From contig NW_018406690.1 of NCBI RefSeq assembly GCF_002113885.1, positions 84,520-148,519 of the forward strand: a DNA stretch of 64,000 nt, given 5' to 3'. Position 1 is the stretch's first letter. The number at the start of each line of letters is the position of its first letter. The translations under genes and the position numbers were made by a program. This stretch comes from Mizuhopecten yessoensis. Taxonomy: Eukaryota. Positions 12,798 through 25,610 of the stretch are shown one piece after another. The notes under the pieces were generated by a model, which made no database searches, was not told the origin of the DNA, and saw nothing but the letters and a program-made list of their open reading frames with translations.

Positions 12798-13328
12798 ATG
12801 ATGGACTTTACGAGTAACCTGCGCCTGCGCATACGGACAAATAATCACACAATGGAGGCAGTCGTAGAATCCATTCGAAAAAGTGATTCGGATGACATCG
12901 GAGCTCTTTATTATGTTGTGGCCGTTGTTTTTATCTACGGGTTTTCCATTGTTATGATGATTGCGTCACATATTCGTAAAAATAAACAGGACAACCAGCT
13001 TCGTGTCTATCTCAAGGAAATGGCGTTGCTGAGGAAAAACGACAGGAGGGAAAAATTGGTAGGCACACTTTCAAGTTTCACCACAAAGACCAATATTTTC
13101 GCGGAGGAGTTTGAGAAAAAGAAAATACCAAAACTGATTGAGGGAGTGAATGAGGAAAGACAAGATTTACTTTTTTGTGCAAACAGTACTAGTGATGACA
13201 CGAATGATTCCGGATTGCAGCTTAATTACGATGAAGATGTAGAATCTCCTCCTAAAACATGTGAAAGCCAAAATTCAAAGCAGAGTTCTGTCCTAGTTCA
13301 CGTGATAAACGAACAGACGTCATTGTGA
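12798..13328 (+). CDS. Single-pass membrane protein, KCNE/MinK-like (176 aa); probably the terminal or only coding exon
   Basis: Non-repetitive intact ORF. Acceptor TTAATTCATTTCAG at 12793, 4 nt before the ATG. N16-H-T sequon. One TM segment ALYYVVAVVFIYGFSIVMMIA followed by basic SHIRKNK and RVYL, then an acidic/Ser-rich tail. Coding status is well supported; the family is less certain. Confidence 0.85.
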   Translation: MMDFTSNLRLRIRTNNHTMEAVVESIRKSDSDDIGALYYVVAVVFIYGFSIVMMIASHIRKNKQDNQLRVYLKEMALLRKNDRREKLVGTLSSFTTKTNIFAEEFEKKKIPKLIEGVNEERQDLLFCANSTSDDTNDSGLQLNYDEDVESPPKTCESQNSKQSSVLVHVINEQTSL

Positions 13329-14519
13329 TTACGTCATGCATGTTCATGTACGTGCTCGTTAATTCATTCAAACTGAGTCATATTGACCTACGAGAAGCAT
13401 TATATCATAGAATACTATCATCGAATTCCATTACAGTGTTTTAATTTAGGTTGTTTATGAAATTCTTTAATTTTTATATACATTTAAAAAGGTCAACTAG
13501 GTTGAATCCCGTTTAAACCGCTTTATCTAAATTTTGCATTCGTGAACAGCAATAGAACTAAGTTAACCGTTTATATTAAGAATATCAACTATTTCCGTCG
13601 GCTAATCGACAGGATTCGATATCATTACATGAAAATCTTCGTATTATGGTACGCAATTAGGTTTTTATTTCTGTAGACATGCCTAAACATAGTTTTAATG
13701 ATATAAGTTTGGAATTGCAATCAAAGTTGATAAATATTCGACAAGTGTAAACATAGTTCGTGGAATGATATTGAGCGCATTTTAGCTTTATGTCCGTATG
13801 TCTAGTTTTGGCTTCAGAGGAAATGGCGGTATGAAGCTTAAGGTTTACACAAAGTTTGATGGCGGGCTATATGACAGAAAATCAAAGTCCAGAAACACCA
13901 ACATTCAGTGCATTGGTAAAAAAAAACTTGCCTTCATCTGCTCTTGATTATCTGCACAATATTTGTAACAATGAATTACTAAAATGCGATGGTAAGTTTT
14001 GATAACTGTTAAATCAATTTTTTTTCGTGGGGCCCAATGTTTGTGATTTACCAAAAAAAGACACCATTTCGTTGGTACATTAACTTGTGTATATTCAGTA
14101 CCCACGCAAAACATACAAGGTGTAAAGAGATTTCAACTTTTAAAGACACTCTTTCCTTTATTCTTTGAGAACACAGGGCATATGGAGTTAGCTCCAACAC
14201 AACAAACTATATATAATTGTCATCATCACATGTAATGGGAGACAGCTGATGTAAATGTATATATTTGATGTAACAGTTACCTATACTATACTGTTGTATA
14301 TTTACTACGATTGGTATAATAATAATTAAATTGATAAAAACACAGATAAGCGTGGACTGTGACCTTATAAGCTAATGGATGACGTCGCTGTGAGCTTACA
14401 AGCTAATGGTGAGATGGTGCTACATTTAGCTCAGAGAAACGCTTCTCATATAAATATATGTGACAGTGTGGTGAAATATTATGTCAAAATGTATGTGGTA
14501 GTTAGAACCGTTAACGCAC

Positions 14520-15360
14520 TTTAGCTCACCTGGCCCGAAGGGCCATATAAGCGTATGCCGTACTGGGGCGTCCGGCGTCCGGCGTCCGGCGTCCGTCGTC
14601 CGTCCGTCAACTTTTTCTTTTGAACGACTTCTCCTGAAGGACATAGCGTCATTTTACATTTGACCAGTAGGTATATGGGATGGAGTGCTATAAAGTTTCC
14701 TCATTAAAACGACCTTGACCTACTTTCAAGGTCACAGGGGTAAGATATGTTAAAAAATGCAAACAACAATATTTAAAGTACAATTAGAACTAGAGTCATG
14801 ATACTTCGATATGCTATGAAGACCAGCAGTGCGAATCTTTTTCTTTATTGTCGTAATAAGGGCAAAGGTCAACATTGAAGTGCTAGCCGGGGTCAATATA
14901 GGTAAAAACCTTTAACAATATTCTTCTCAAGTTCCATAAGGCACAGGGACATGATATTAGGCCAGTAGGTACCTGGGATGGAGTGCTATACACGTTTCTC
15001 ATTAAAATGACCTTGACCTAATTTCAAGGTCACATGGGTCAAATATGTTCAAAATTGCAAACAATAATATCCTAAGAACCATTTGGGCTAGAGTAATGAT
15101 ACTTGGGTATGCTATGCAGACCAGCAGAGCAAATATTTTTTTCGATTACAGTAATGAGGTCAAAGGTCAACTTCAAGTGCTAGCCGAAGTCGAAGTTCAA
15201 CGTGGGTCAAATTTCAAACGACAATATCTTAAGAACCGTTTAAGTGATGTTAAAATGTTTTGTTTGCTAGTTACCAAATTTGGTCTGAAGTTACCTATAT
15301 GTCAGTTTCATGTAACAAAAGAAACAGATGAGCGATACAGGCCCTCTGCGCCTCTTGTTT
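14520..15360 (+). mobile_element. HINE with two internal ~298-bp repeats
   Basis: TTTAGCTCACCTG-GCCCGAAGGGC head and (GCGTCCG)n; internal repeats at ~14664 and ~14961; 3' CAGATGAGCGATACAGGCCCTCTGCGCCTCTTGTT. Confidence 0.88.
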
Positions 15361-15589
15361 AATAACAAGATTAAAAACTAAATGACACGAACAAATACAT
15401 CCCACTCACAGGTACCCATCGTTTTGAATGCCTAGACAATCCTATAGCAGCAGTGTATATAGTAGCTGATAGGCTTTCAGGAAGACATAAGAATACCAGA
15501 CAAAGATCTTAATTTTGTTGTCATTATCTAATGTCTAATATAAAATAACATAGTGTAATTAAAAATATACTGTATTAGTTGAAATGATA

Positions 15590-16060
15590 TAAGACTCGTT
15601 CATGCCCAAGGTTGTAGGATAGGGAAATTCCACCTGAGGGGTTTTCAAGTCTGGTTAAACCCGTGGCTTTACCGAGGGTTTTGCCAAATTTGAAAATCCC
15701 GAAAATATCAATTTTCCCCCTTAGCTTTTTAGACGAAAACGAGTTAGCCAGACAGATTTAGCATATCCCATATTTGCAAACAATGTTTGCGGAAAAAGAT
15801 TAATCACATCTTTCCTACGTGTCGGTAAATATATCATTACATGTTTTAATTTCATCACGTCGCCTTTTCCGCATTGCGGCATCGGAGAGTTCCAAATTCG
15901 TGACGTCACGTCATTGTTGAGCCATTGTGACGTTACGTCACGTGAAATGGGGTGTAAGATAGAAATTTCCTACACCCCTTTCTTATCCTGGACAGCTCTT
16001 TCTCGCACATCAGACAGAGATATCCCACGTTATACCCCATGCTAGATTGTTCTATCTCGT
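15590..16060. mobile_element. Hairpin-headed non-autonomous element (Crypton-like)
   Basis: Palindrome ~15622-15718 centred on CGTG-GCTTTAC-CGAG. The head motif TGTAGGATAGGGAAATTCC recurs as TGTAAGATAGAAATTTCC at ~15953. Confidence 0.55.
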
Positions 16061-16671
16061 CCGATCTGTCTTGTACCTGTACGTGACATTTCGCGGAATT
16101 TTTATACTGCGATGTATTCATACGCACTAACTGCTTGAAATTGACAATTTGCAGTATAAATGTTCTGTTTTGTCGTTATATGTATTATACAGTTATGATG
16201 TTGTTAGATATTTGATGTTGTAGATAAAATATAATCTACACTGTGAAATACGTTGTAATCTATGTAAGGACGGACTACATTTTCACGCGGAAGCACTCAA
16301 ATGTAGCTTTAGTAGTGAAGAGGTCATTATCATTTGAGGCCCAAGGCGGGATACTTGTAGTTTTTAGCAAAATTGAACAGTTCTTTTCGAACTTAAAGGT
16401 GCGAGAAAAAAAATCAATTACCTGTAACTGAGCGAGATTAAAACTATCAGCTACAGTTTATACGGTTTGTAAGTCTTTGGCACTGCCATACGGAATATTC
16501 TCTCGCGTCAGCGATGTAACGACGCTTTTCATTGGTTAGTAACCATACGTCATGCATTTGCATTTTTTTCTTTTTCTTTCTTTTTCCCTACAAATTAAGG
16601 CATATCATAATCATATTGCAAAGATTTTGTATAAACAAATGAGCCGTGTGTTACTGGTTTGGAACTTATGC

Positions 16672-16820
16672 GAGTGAGGGAACACGAGTGAGGGAACACG
16701 AGGGAACACGAGTGAGGGAACACGAGTGAGGGTGAGGGAACACGAGTGAGGGTGAGGGAACACGAGTGAGGGAACACGAGGGAACACGAGTGAGGGAACA
16801 CGAGTGAGGGAACACGAGTG
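16672..16820. repeat. 14-bp purine-rich minisatellite
   Basis: (GAGTGAGGGAACAC)n with slippage variants. Confidence 0.93.
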
Positions 16821-18029
16821 CAGGTGTATGTGTAATGGTTTCTGTCCACAATGTGAATAATAAGAGTTACCTTTCCATGGCTCGGCGCATAAAGGAGGTG
16901 GTATATGTTCACGGAATTAGTTGTATATACTTTGTGTTATTGTCTAATGTTAAGTGAAAACATTTTAATCTAGCACAATAATTGTCAGTTATTATATAAC
17001 TTAAAAATGTATCAGTTAATGAATTGAGATAATGTTCAATTCCGAATTATGATGTGGTTTAAATGTTTGAGAATCTATTTTGTAATGCTATGTATATTTT
17101 GCAAATTAAACATATTTCAGATAATTGTGTTTATTTTTGTTACAATACAGTATAATGAAAGTACCGTACTAAACCGTTGATACCAGCATAGCACGACACA
17201 GTATGATGAAACGGACAAAATGTTTTTCTTTGAAATCCGAAAGGTTGAATGATTATCTAAAACCTGATGACTCAGTAATGGATACGTTTGATACAATCTG
17301 AATCATAACGATAATGTTTTAAAGTATATGTATGACGTTGAAAAGCTTAGCGTGTTGTTCCTATATTAAGAGCAAGCAAATGTAAATTCAGTTAACCCTC
17401 GATATAATGCCATTTTATTCAGTATACCCCCTCACTAACCGCCAATATATTTCAAGGTAACCTTTAATCATTTTCTTAAGAATTCTGATTTATTTTCCCT
17501 CAATTTATCGCCAAATTTCTTTATAACGCCTGTTTTTCTTCTTTCCGTTTTTTGACAAACGGTGGCAGTAAAAAGAGGGTTTCCTGTACAAATGAACAAA
17601 TTCGGTAATAAATTTCTTGTTTTGTGTAAACAAAATCAAATGTACATCGTCAATGATAGAGTTAGGAAATACAAGTCTGTTGAAACTGTATACAGAGACA
17701 CAAGTGTGATCCGTTTTGTGCACATTTTATACTTTAATTTATTTGAATAGTATTGACAAAATGTCCACGGGTTACATACATGGTTGATTCAAGCACGACT
17801 AGACATTATGATTTTACATGATATGACTTAAACAACCTGTTAAACTCACTGGCATTAAAGGGACATCACGCTGAACAGATAGAATTGCTAAAGTTGCACG
17901 TGATATGTTTTAAGCATCAGCGAAAACATATTTCGGTACTTGTAAAGGAAAATGTGTTAAAATAATTTAAAAACAACAATGAAAACCTTGGTTTACAAAA
18001 GATAGTCATAACGAAAATAGAGGTTCTCC

Positions 18030-18525
18030 AAAGAGTAATTGTTGGTTATCATGTTTATCTCGAATTAGTTAATTTTGAAATTGTATTAAGACGTGATATT
18101 TTACCGAGTGTCTTCTAAAATTTGAATTAATTAACGAAAGTAAGATAAACATGATAATCAACCATCACGAGTTTAGGGGCCTTTTCCTCTCACAACGTCT
18201 AAATGTTATATTTAGATAACCATCTGTTTCTTTTGGAAATACATTACTCGTGTTTTCCAATCGGGGGAAAATGCCATGAGTTATGACGTCACAATGGAGG
18301 ATGACGTCGCAAAGCATTGTTACTTGACGTGATAATTTGAAGATGGCCTATGAAATAAAGTCCATGGAGTTACCCACTAATCTCGTTCGTATGGAGGTAG
18401 TACAAGCCAATAAATCTTCGATGGTAACACGTGTGTAGAAAAAAAGCTGTTTCGCTTGTCATAACATAACACGCTGGTCATACGAGAAATAAACTCATTG
18501 GAGGGTGTCATACTCATTTAATAAT
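18030..18525. mobile_element. Hairpin-headed element, degenerate
   Basis: Palindrome 18041-18162 (GTTGGTTATCATGTTTATCT ... AGATAAACATGATAATCAAC) with a CGTG...CGAG centre. Confidence 0.5.
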
Positions 18526-18774
18526 AACGCCCTGGTTGCTGACGTAATGTAAAATGAAATCCTGTTAAAATAAAAAAAGACAATTCTTAATATTGAAAAC
18601 ACACCAAGAAAACATGTCTATTGGTACTTAGTTATTGACAGTGTTGCTAATGTTTTTTGTTAATTTCCATAGCTTTCAAAGTAAACAAATCAGAAATGAC
18701 TTGAAAAATGGAAGATGTTTGACAAATGATGATAGTGATGATAGATAATAATGATGACAGAGTGTCGTATAAAT

Positions 18775-19080
18775 AATCAATAAACGGCAGACATACTGAT
18801 ATAACTGCAACGGGTGTCGTACACAAACCGAATGGGGCGCTTATGTCAAGCTCATTCAGTCTGTCTTCGACACCTGATGCAGTTATGTCAATAGGTCTGC
18901 AACATATGTTCAGTTTTTGCTTATAACTTCGCTTTTATATATAAAATGCAATAAGGATTGATCCCTTAAAATACAAATTTGCCCGTCGTTATCGGCGAGC
19001 CAGGTGAACAACAACAGAGGAATATCTGACGGCTGGGTGTGTTTCTAACGTTTGTCGGAAGAATAGCACAACAGTGCTAA
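18775..19080. mobile_element. Hairpin-headed element, degenerate
   Basis: Palindrome 18787-18900 (GCAGACATACTGATATAACTGCA ... TGCAGTTATGTCAATAGGTCTGC). Confidence 0.5.
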
Positions 19081-19914
19081 TATCTATTGATTTATATGCG
19101 ACGTTAAATAAAAAGTCTTGCATCTTGTATCTTGTCACGTGCAGTTTCCCCGCACAAAATTGAAATATGAAACAAAATCATTCTATCTGATTCAATTTAT
19201 GAAAATAAATAAATTTGTAACGCGTAGCCACGCAATTATGAATGAAGTTCCTCATAGAACGGACATACAAGGGTTTTTATGATGAGTTAAGCGGGTTTGT
19301 CCATCTATACAACAGGAAGTAACTTGACAGAAAACGTAACACGGCTGTTTCTCTTTCTATCAAGTCAAAATAATCCATGGTGACGTCATTTGTTATATGA
19401 CGTCAAATACAATTACTCAAGACCGCGGGAATGTCAGAATCGGTTTTTACCAACAACCCACGACAGTTTTATCTCAACAAATTTTAATATAAAAGAAAAA
19501 ATGCTTAACATAGAATATTCCGGTAGAATATTGATGTTGTTGAGCAATGCATTTTGGTGGTCTTCAATAACATAAACTGCAGTGTTATCGTCTTTTGAGT
19601 AATATTACCAGCAGTGTTCAAAGTAGTAAAAACAATTGTTTCGCAGCGATCAAGCGCTCGAACCATCCACACCAACTCAATGCCCAACGGACGAGACAAA
19701 CACATTATATTAGGACACTACATGATTGACGTGTTCTCTGTTGTTCTAGTTTTTCAATGGTTTCAGATGTGGAATTTTAATTGACAATTATAGCCACAGA
19801 TTCCTACTATGAGCTGAACACACTATGGATTCCGGCCTGTCCCACCGCGAGCAACTGTGAGCAGTTTCTTTTCGTAAAATTAGTCACCTCCCCTTAATTC
19901 ACTTTGGCTATAAC

Positions 19915-20041
19915 TGTAGTGCCTTTGGACCGGGGCACTTCTGTTGATCAGGTAGCTCAATTGGTTAAAACGACAGTATGAAAGTCTAAGGTCCGGGGTT
20001 CGAATCTTTTAATAGCCGCGCTGAATTTTATACACAGAACA
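19915..20041 (+). repeat. Short tRNA-like dispersed repeat
   Basis: GGTAGCTCAATTGGTTAAA A box and GGTTCGAATC B box; ends CAGAACA; similar to 8783-8907. Confidence 0.6.
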
Positions 20042-21164
20042 CATATTGTGAATATATTTTGTTTATTTAACTTTTTTCTTTCTTTCAAAAAAGTCATGTA
20101 AGGTATTGTTTACTTTTCTTCTCAGAAATGTTTATCAAAGCTTCAGGTGGGAGCAAACCTAACTTGACAGCCTAGTGCACTGGAGTTAACAAAAAAGGTT
20201 AACTCCAGTGCACTAGATTGTGCAATAGAGTTAACAAGCTTGTGCACTGAAACATAGTCAAAATTAGGCCACAGACCCCTCCATTGATAAACCGGCTCAC
20301 CACCGACGACCCTGAAGCGCTGACAGCATATAAGATCTTTTGTTCTTCGAAAAGACGAGCAAAGTACGGGATTTGAAACATTCCAAACACGATTTGTACA
20401 TATGTGTCATCTTTTATACCTCAATGCATTATCATAATTACGTAGCATAACTAGGCTATTTTCATGGTTATATAACTGGAAAAGTGTCAATTTATGATTA
20501 ATTTATCACCGCTGAATACATTACTGAAAACCGCACATGATTTTACCGATCAAATTTTAACCGCTTTATACAATACAGGAAGTTGATGTCTCACGTATCC
20601 AATAAATTATTTCAGCCTATGTATAAATGTTGGTGACAACTGCTAACTTGAAACAAGTATCCGAATGTTATACAACAAGCATGTCTAGTGTGTGACAACT
20701 ACAAATGTGACAAGTGACAAGAAGTGGCCATGATACACTAAGCTAAACAAATGTTGAAGCGATACACGTGTTTTCATTGCAAATATTGGATGGTTGAATT
20801 TCAGTTTATGCAAATATCTAGAGTAGTATTCGAGGAGGAAGAGGTTGGTGGAAGCTTTTAAAAAAAATGATGCCAGGACGAATAATCCCACCGCTTAAAG
20901 TTTTGGTCGCAGCGCGTCTTCATGTTTATTAGTCGTAAGACAAGCGTGTATGGAGGACGATGTAATATCCTCGAGAAGAGAGGAATTTTTGTGCTTGCTG
21001 GAAAAGCTCGAAGACATTCAGTTGATTTTTTGATGGGAAAGGGACAGGTTTAGGTGTTTTTGCTGGCGACGCAACTCAGTACTCAATATATAGAGAGTAC
21101 ATCCCATAATGCATAGGGGCGTCACGCAAATACCCAGCCCAGTGGTCCGCAGGATGACCATTAC

Positions 21165-23314
21165 GTATACTAGTCTATTAAGTTGTCGTGGAAAATTGTT
21201 CACGTCCATTTTAAATTCTAGGTTAATAAATTGGTCCGAATCATACGATGTTATTGCAGATGCACAGTTTGGATTTCGCACTGGACTTAGTACTGTAGAT
21301 GCGATTTTCGCTCTACATTCAATTATAACTTAATAATCTAATTTTTCCTATCTTACCCATAATATATTTTTTTGGTATATATCGTATATACCTAAAAAGA
21401 AAAACAACTGATGACGGAACTACTTTTTACACTTCAGAATCCAAAATTACAACGCAGCTTTTTTTTAGCGCAATTGTTTAGTTTACGTAAAAATTAAATA
21501 TTCTTTAACTGTGCATTTACAACGTGTTTGCCTACTTTCTTTAAATTATATTATAAAGAATGCCCAATATTTTGTTTTGGTATATACGGTATATACCGCT
21601 TCGCGGATTTATGCAAAGTGCACATTTTTTTTCGATATATACCATATATACCAAAACAAAATCTTGGTGATTCCTTAAATCTCGTAGTGAAAATAAGCGT
21701 TTGTATTGCTGCTTTGTTGATTTCCGCAAAGCGTTTGACTATGTAAACAGGGTAAATTTATGGTATAAACTATCAAAGTTAGGAGTCAGAGGCAAGCTTC
21801 TGCACATCATACCATCAATATATAATCATGTAAGATCTTGTGCAAAATTTAAAGGTTGTTTATCTGATTATTTTGTCAATGATATCGGTTTATTGCAAGG
21901 CGAAATTTTGTCGCCGATACTTTTTTTCCATGTACGTTAACGACTTTGAGTCTGCTTTTATCTCAAAATGTAACCAATGATACGATTTTGAAGAATTAAG
22001 CCTATTCCTTATGTTATATGCTGACGATTTAGTCTTGCTTTCGGAAACTGTTGAAGGCTTGCAGGAATTACTGGATAATCTTATTTATTGCGAGCAATGG
22101 AAATTAACTGTTAATAGTGAAAAAAAACGAAAGTTGTGGTAATGCGTCAAGGCGGGAAAATTCGAAATAATGAAACATGGACTTACCATGCAAATAAGCT
22201 TGATTGTGTTGACCAATTTTCTTACCTCGGTGTAAACTTAAGATACAATAACAAGTTCAATATCATACAGAAACATTGTCAGATCAAGGACGTAAAGCCA
22301 TGTTTGCTTTATTTTCTAAGTGTTCAAATATGAGTCTTAATTAAAAAAACCATGCTGTGTTGGTTTGCTACCTACGTTAGTAGAATATTGTACTACTCTT
22401 GTGAAGTGTGGGGTTCGACCAAAGGTTTGGACATTGAAAATGTACATTTAATTTTTTGTAAGAGATTACTTAAAGTTAAACAATCTACAAATAATGTAAT
22501 GGTATACTGGGAACTTGGTCGCTTCCCTTTAGAATATACAAGGAGGTATAGAATAATTAAATATCGGTTTGAACTGCTCGACACGAAAAATTGTAATTTG
22601 AATACTGCATATGATTTTTTATTAAAGAAAAGCACCGGTGTTTATTTCAATTGGGAACACTATGTATAAGAGTTGCTATGTACTCTTGGTTTCGGTGAAG
22701 TATGGCTTAGCCAATCACCATCGAACGCTAAATCCATTTTACCTTGTATACGTCAAAGAATTTTTGATCAAGCTCAACAATACTTGAGAGGTTTATTAGA
22801 GAATTCCTCGAAATGATTTCTATATAAGCATATTGTAAACCATTTTTCCATTCAGTTTTATTTAACTAAGTACATGCCTAAGAAATATAGAATATGTTCA
22901 ACAAAACTTCGTATGGCAATTGAAACCGGTCGTTATAGAAATATCGAACGGAATAGGAGATATTTTGCAATTTGTAAGTCGACTACTGAAGTAGAAGACG
23001 AATATCGTTTTTTATTAATATGTTATATGTACAACGACTTTAGAAGTCAATATATCAAAACAATAATATTGGCAAAAGCCTTAAATGTTTAAATTAATAC
23101 AGTGAGTGTGTGTCAATGTGTCAATAACAACAAGGAATTCAGACGTCTCGGCAAATTTATTTTTGAAGCAAATAAGATAAGAGCTGTATTTCTTTAACTC
23201 GTACTCCACTTTTGTCTTGCTGTTTCACATCCTTATTATATATTGTATGTAATATGTTATATGTACTCATGGGCTGTAAGGCCTACAGTCAATAAATTGA
23301 ATTGAATTGAATTG
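21165..23314 (+). mobile_element. 5'-truncated, frameshifted LINE (RTE-X-like)
   Basis: RT motifs QFGFR, FVDFRKAFD, QGEILSP and YADD (~22016-22027); C-terminal ETGRY...VEDEY; tail AATAAA(TTGAA)n. Confidence 0.93.
21331..21676 (-). mobile_element. 346-bp hairpin-headed element inserted in the LINE RT
   Basis: Palindrome ~21570-21661 containing CCGCTTCGCGG; TTTTGGTATATA recurs at the other end. Removing the element restores the RT frame SIIT|KSRSENKRLYCCF. Confidence 0.85.
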
Positions 23315-25229
23315 GGTAGATATGTTAATGGTGACAAGTCTGATGTGGCTTTGCATCTGTGACAAAACTAAAATTATGAAGGAATTGAGTAAACTATGGT
23401 AACCCGTCGCGCATATTTCAATGTAGCCATTTAAAAAAAGGTAAATGGTCAAAGGGATGTAACTCGTATTTATAATTCCATTTTCAGGGTTGTTATGTTA
23501 TATTCTATAAATTGGTAACGACCCATAGATATGGTATTTCAATTCTAGCTCACAACAGAATTATATCTATGACTGTGTGGGGAGGCTATGATCCCTCTTT
23601 TGCAGACAGGAAGAAGTTTAACCATTCGAAAAACAACTCAACTTTCAGTGTGTACGGACGCAAAGGGCCCGGAATCTCAAGAACGCACCGGCAAAAAACA
23701 GACTGTTCAGTTTGCGTAAAACTTAACAAACACAATCTAGGCCAGTCCTTATCATTTCATTTTAAAGACAAACAAACGCATGTTATATGCAAAAGTCGAT
23801 CGCTCAAGTATATGTATTCAATTTTTGACAAATAATATAGAAAGAAAGAAAACCCAGGAATGTTCCACCAAGCAGACTAAATGAGATTTATTTTTATAAA
23901 ACGGGCCAGTCGGGTTTTTTATTTTATGATTATTTTATTGGATTTTCCATAAGCATTCATGAGCATCGTTAGTCCTTGTTGTATTCCGTTCTTACCTCAT
24001 TGGTAGAGTTGTGTTATCGCATCGCATTATTAGGACATACTTTGCAGAAAACGAATTGCTTGTTGAGTTTCGCGGAAGATCGAAACTGCAACCAATGGGA
24101 GGTAACTCCGATGACTTTAAATGGATTACACTGGTTACATTTTTATAATCCACACGTATGAATTGGCTTTTCTTTATATACAAGATGCTGTTATGAAAAC
24201 AGATTTTGATTTGAACGGTTTTTATTGTCTTTTTATAGCTTCGGGATTTAGCAAAAGTTAAACAGAATGGAAAAAAAATCCCTACTATATTACAAGTGTA
24301 ATGAAACAAAAATTCAAAATGACAATTATTGAAAACATCATATCCTCCTTGGTCTTTCTATTCGTCCTTGTAAAGAAATGGATACTTAATTGATAAAAAA
24401 AAAGATGGTACAGTCAGGTGATATTCTTGGTTCCTTTGAAAATATTAGTTGTAGTGGAAAATATTAGTAATATTTTACGAATTTTGGTATTATTTACGAG
24501 TACAAAGCTTGAAAAAATCAAGCCACGAGTGAAAAAAAACTGTTATTCATTAAGATAGCGTTAATTTTCTGTTTATTTCGTCATTCAATTTAAAGACACG
24601 ATCTTCCTTGAACTGATCGTCCATCTTCCTCCAAAGCTGTAGTGACACGCACTGCTGTACTGCGACGTAACAATCAGGAAACACCAGAACTATTGTGACG
24701 TCACAATTGACATTGTCCATTGTTAATTTTACACACTGAACCATGCTCGCTGATTGGTCGGTTTCGTGTGATAAAGATAAAAAATATGTGTTATTTGTCA
24801 AAGAAGAAAAATGCCAGCTTTTTTTAGCGGGGAATGTTTATATTGCGATGTAACAATAAAAAATCAGGGTATTGTGAAGTTAAATTAACAATGTCCATTG
24901 TTGTTATTTTCCACATTAAAATCTGCTCGCAGACCCTGATAGGTTGATTTTGTATGAATAATCAACACAAAGAGTTCTATTTGTTTTAAATGTAATGATA
25001 TAAAAAGTACATCTTTCCTTTGTTAATGATATTGTATATATTGTGTAGACAACTTGTCAGAAGTGTCCTAGAATAAATGTACTTAGAGAACCTCTATTAT
25101 TACTACTTATCTGTTTGATATTTACAATTTTTCACTTCGTCGACGATCGCTGCAGGTCAGCGTTAGTTTTTAAAGACACGGAAGACGACCACAGTGACGG
25201 CGATGGTAATTATGTATCCTATACTTTGG

Positions 25230-25590
25230 TTTATATACTTACACGTCAGTGATTTCTACACATACGTATACGTTCTTGATTTCAATACTTACGGTCCGTG
25301 ATTTCAACACATATCATCTTCACAACTTTTTTTACATTTTACACATCTGGGATTTCTACAATAACACACCCTAGCTGACTGCAACATCTACATATCGATG
25401 TGACATCTACACTTACTCCAAATTGATGTCATCATCTTCACATCTTTGATTTCTACATCAAGTTATCTGTGATTTCTACACTTACACATTTGTCATTTAT
25501 AACACACTAACATGTTGTTATTACAGTTCTTTGTCTGTGATTCTCATACTGACACGTCCGTAATGTCTACACTTCCACTTCCATGGACAC
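25230..25590. repeat. Degenerate ~21-bp minisatellite, continued at ~28720-28880 beyond the LINE
   Basis: Recurring GATTTCTACACTTACACATC-like units on both sides of the LINE. Confidence 0.6.
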
Positions 25591-25610
25591 TAGGTTTTAG
25601 TCAGTTCCTC

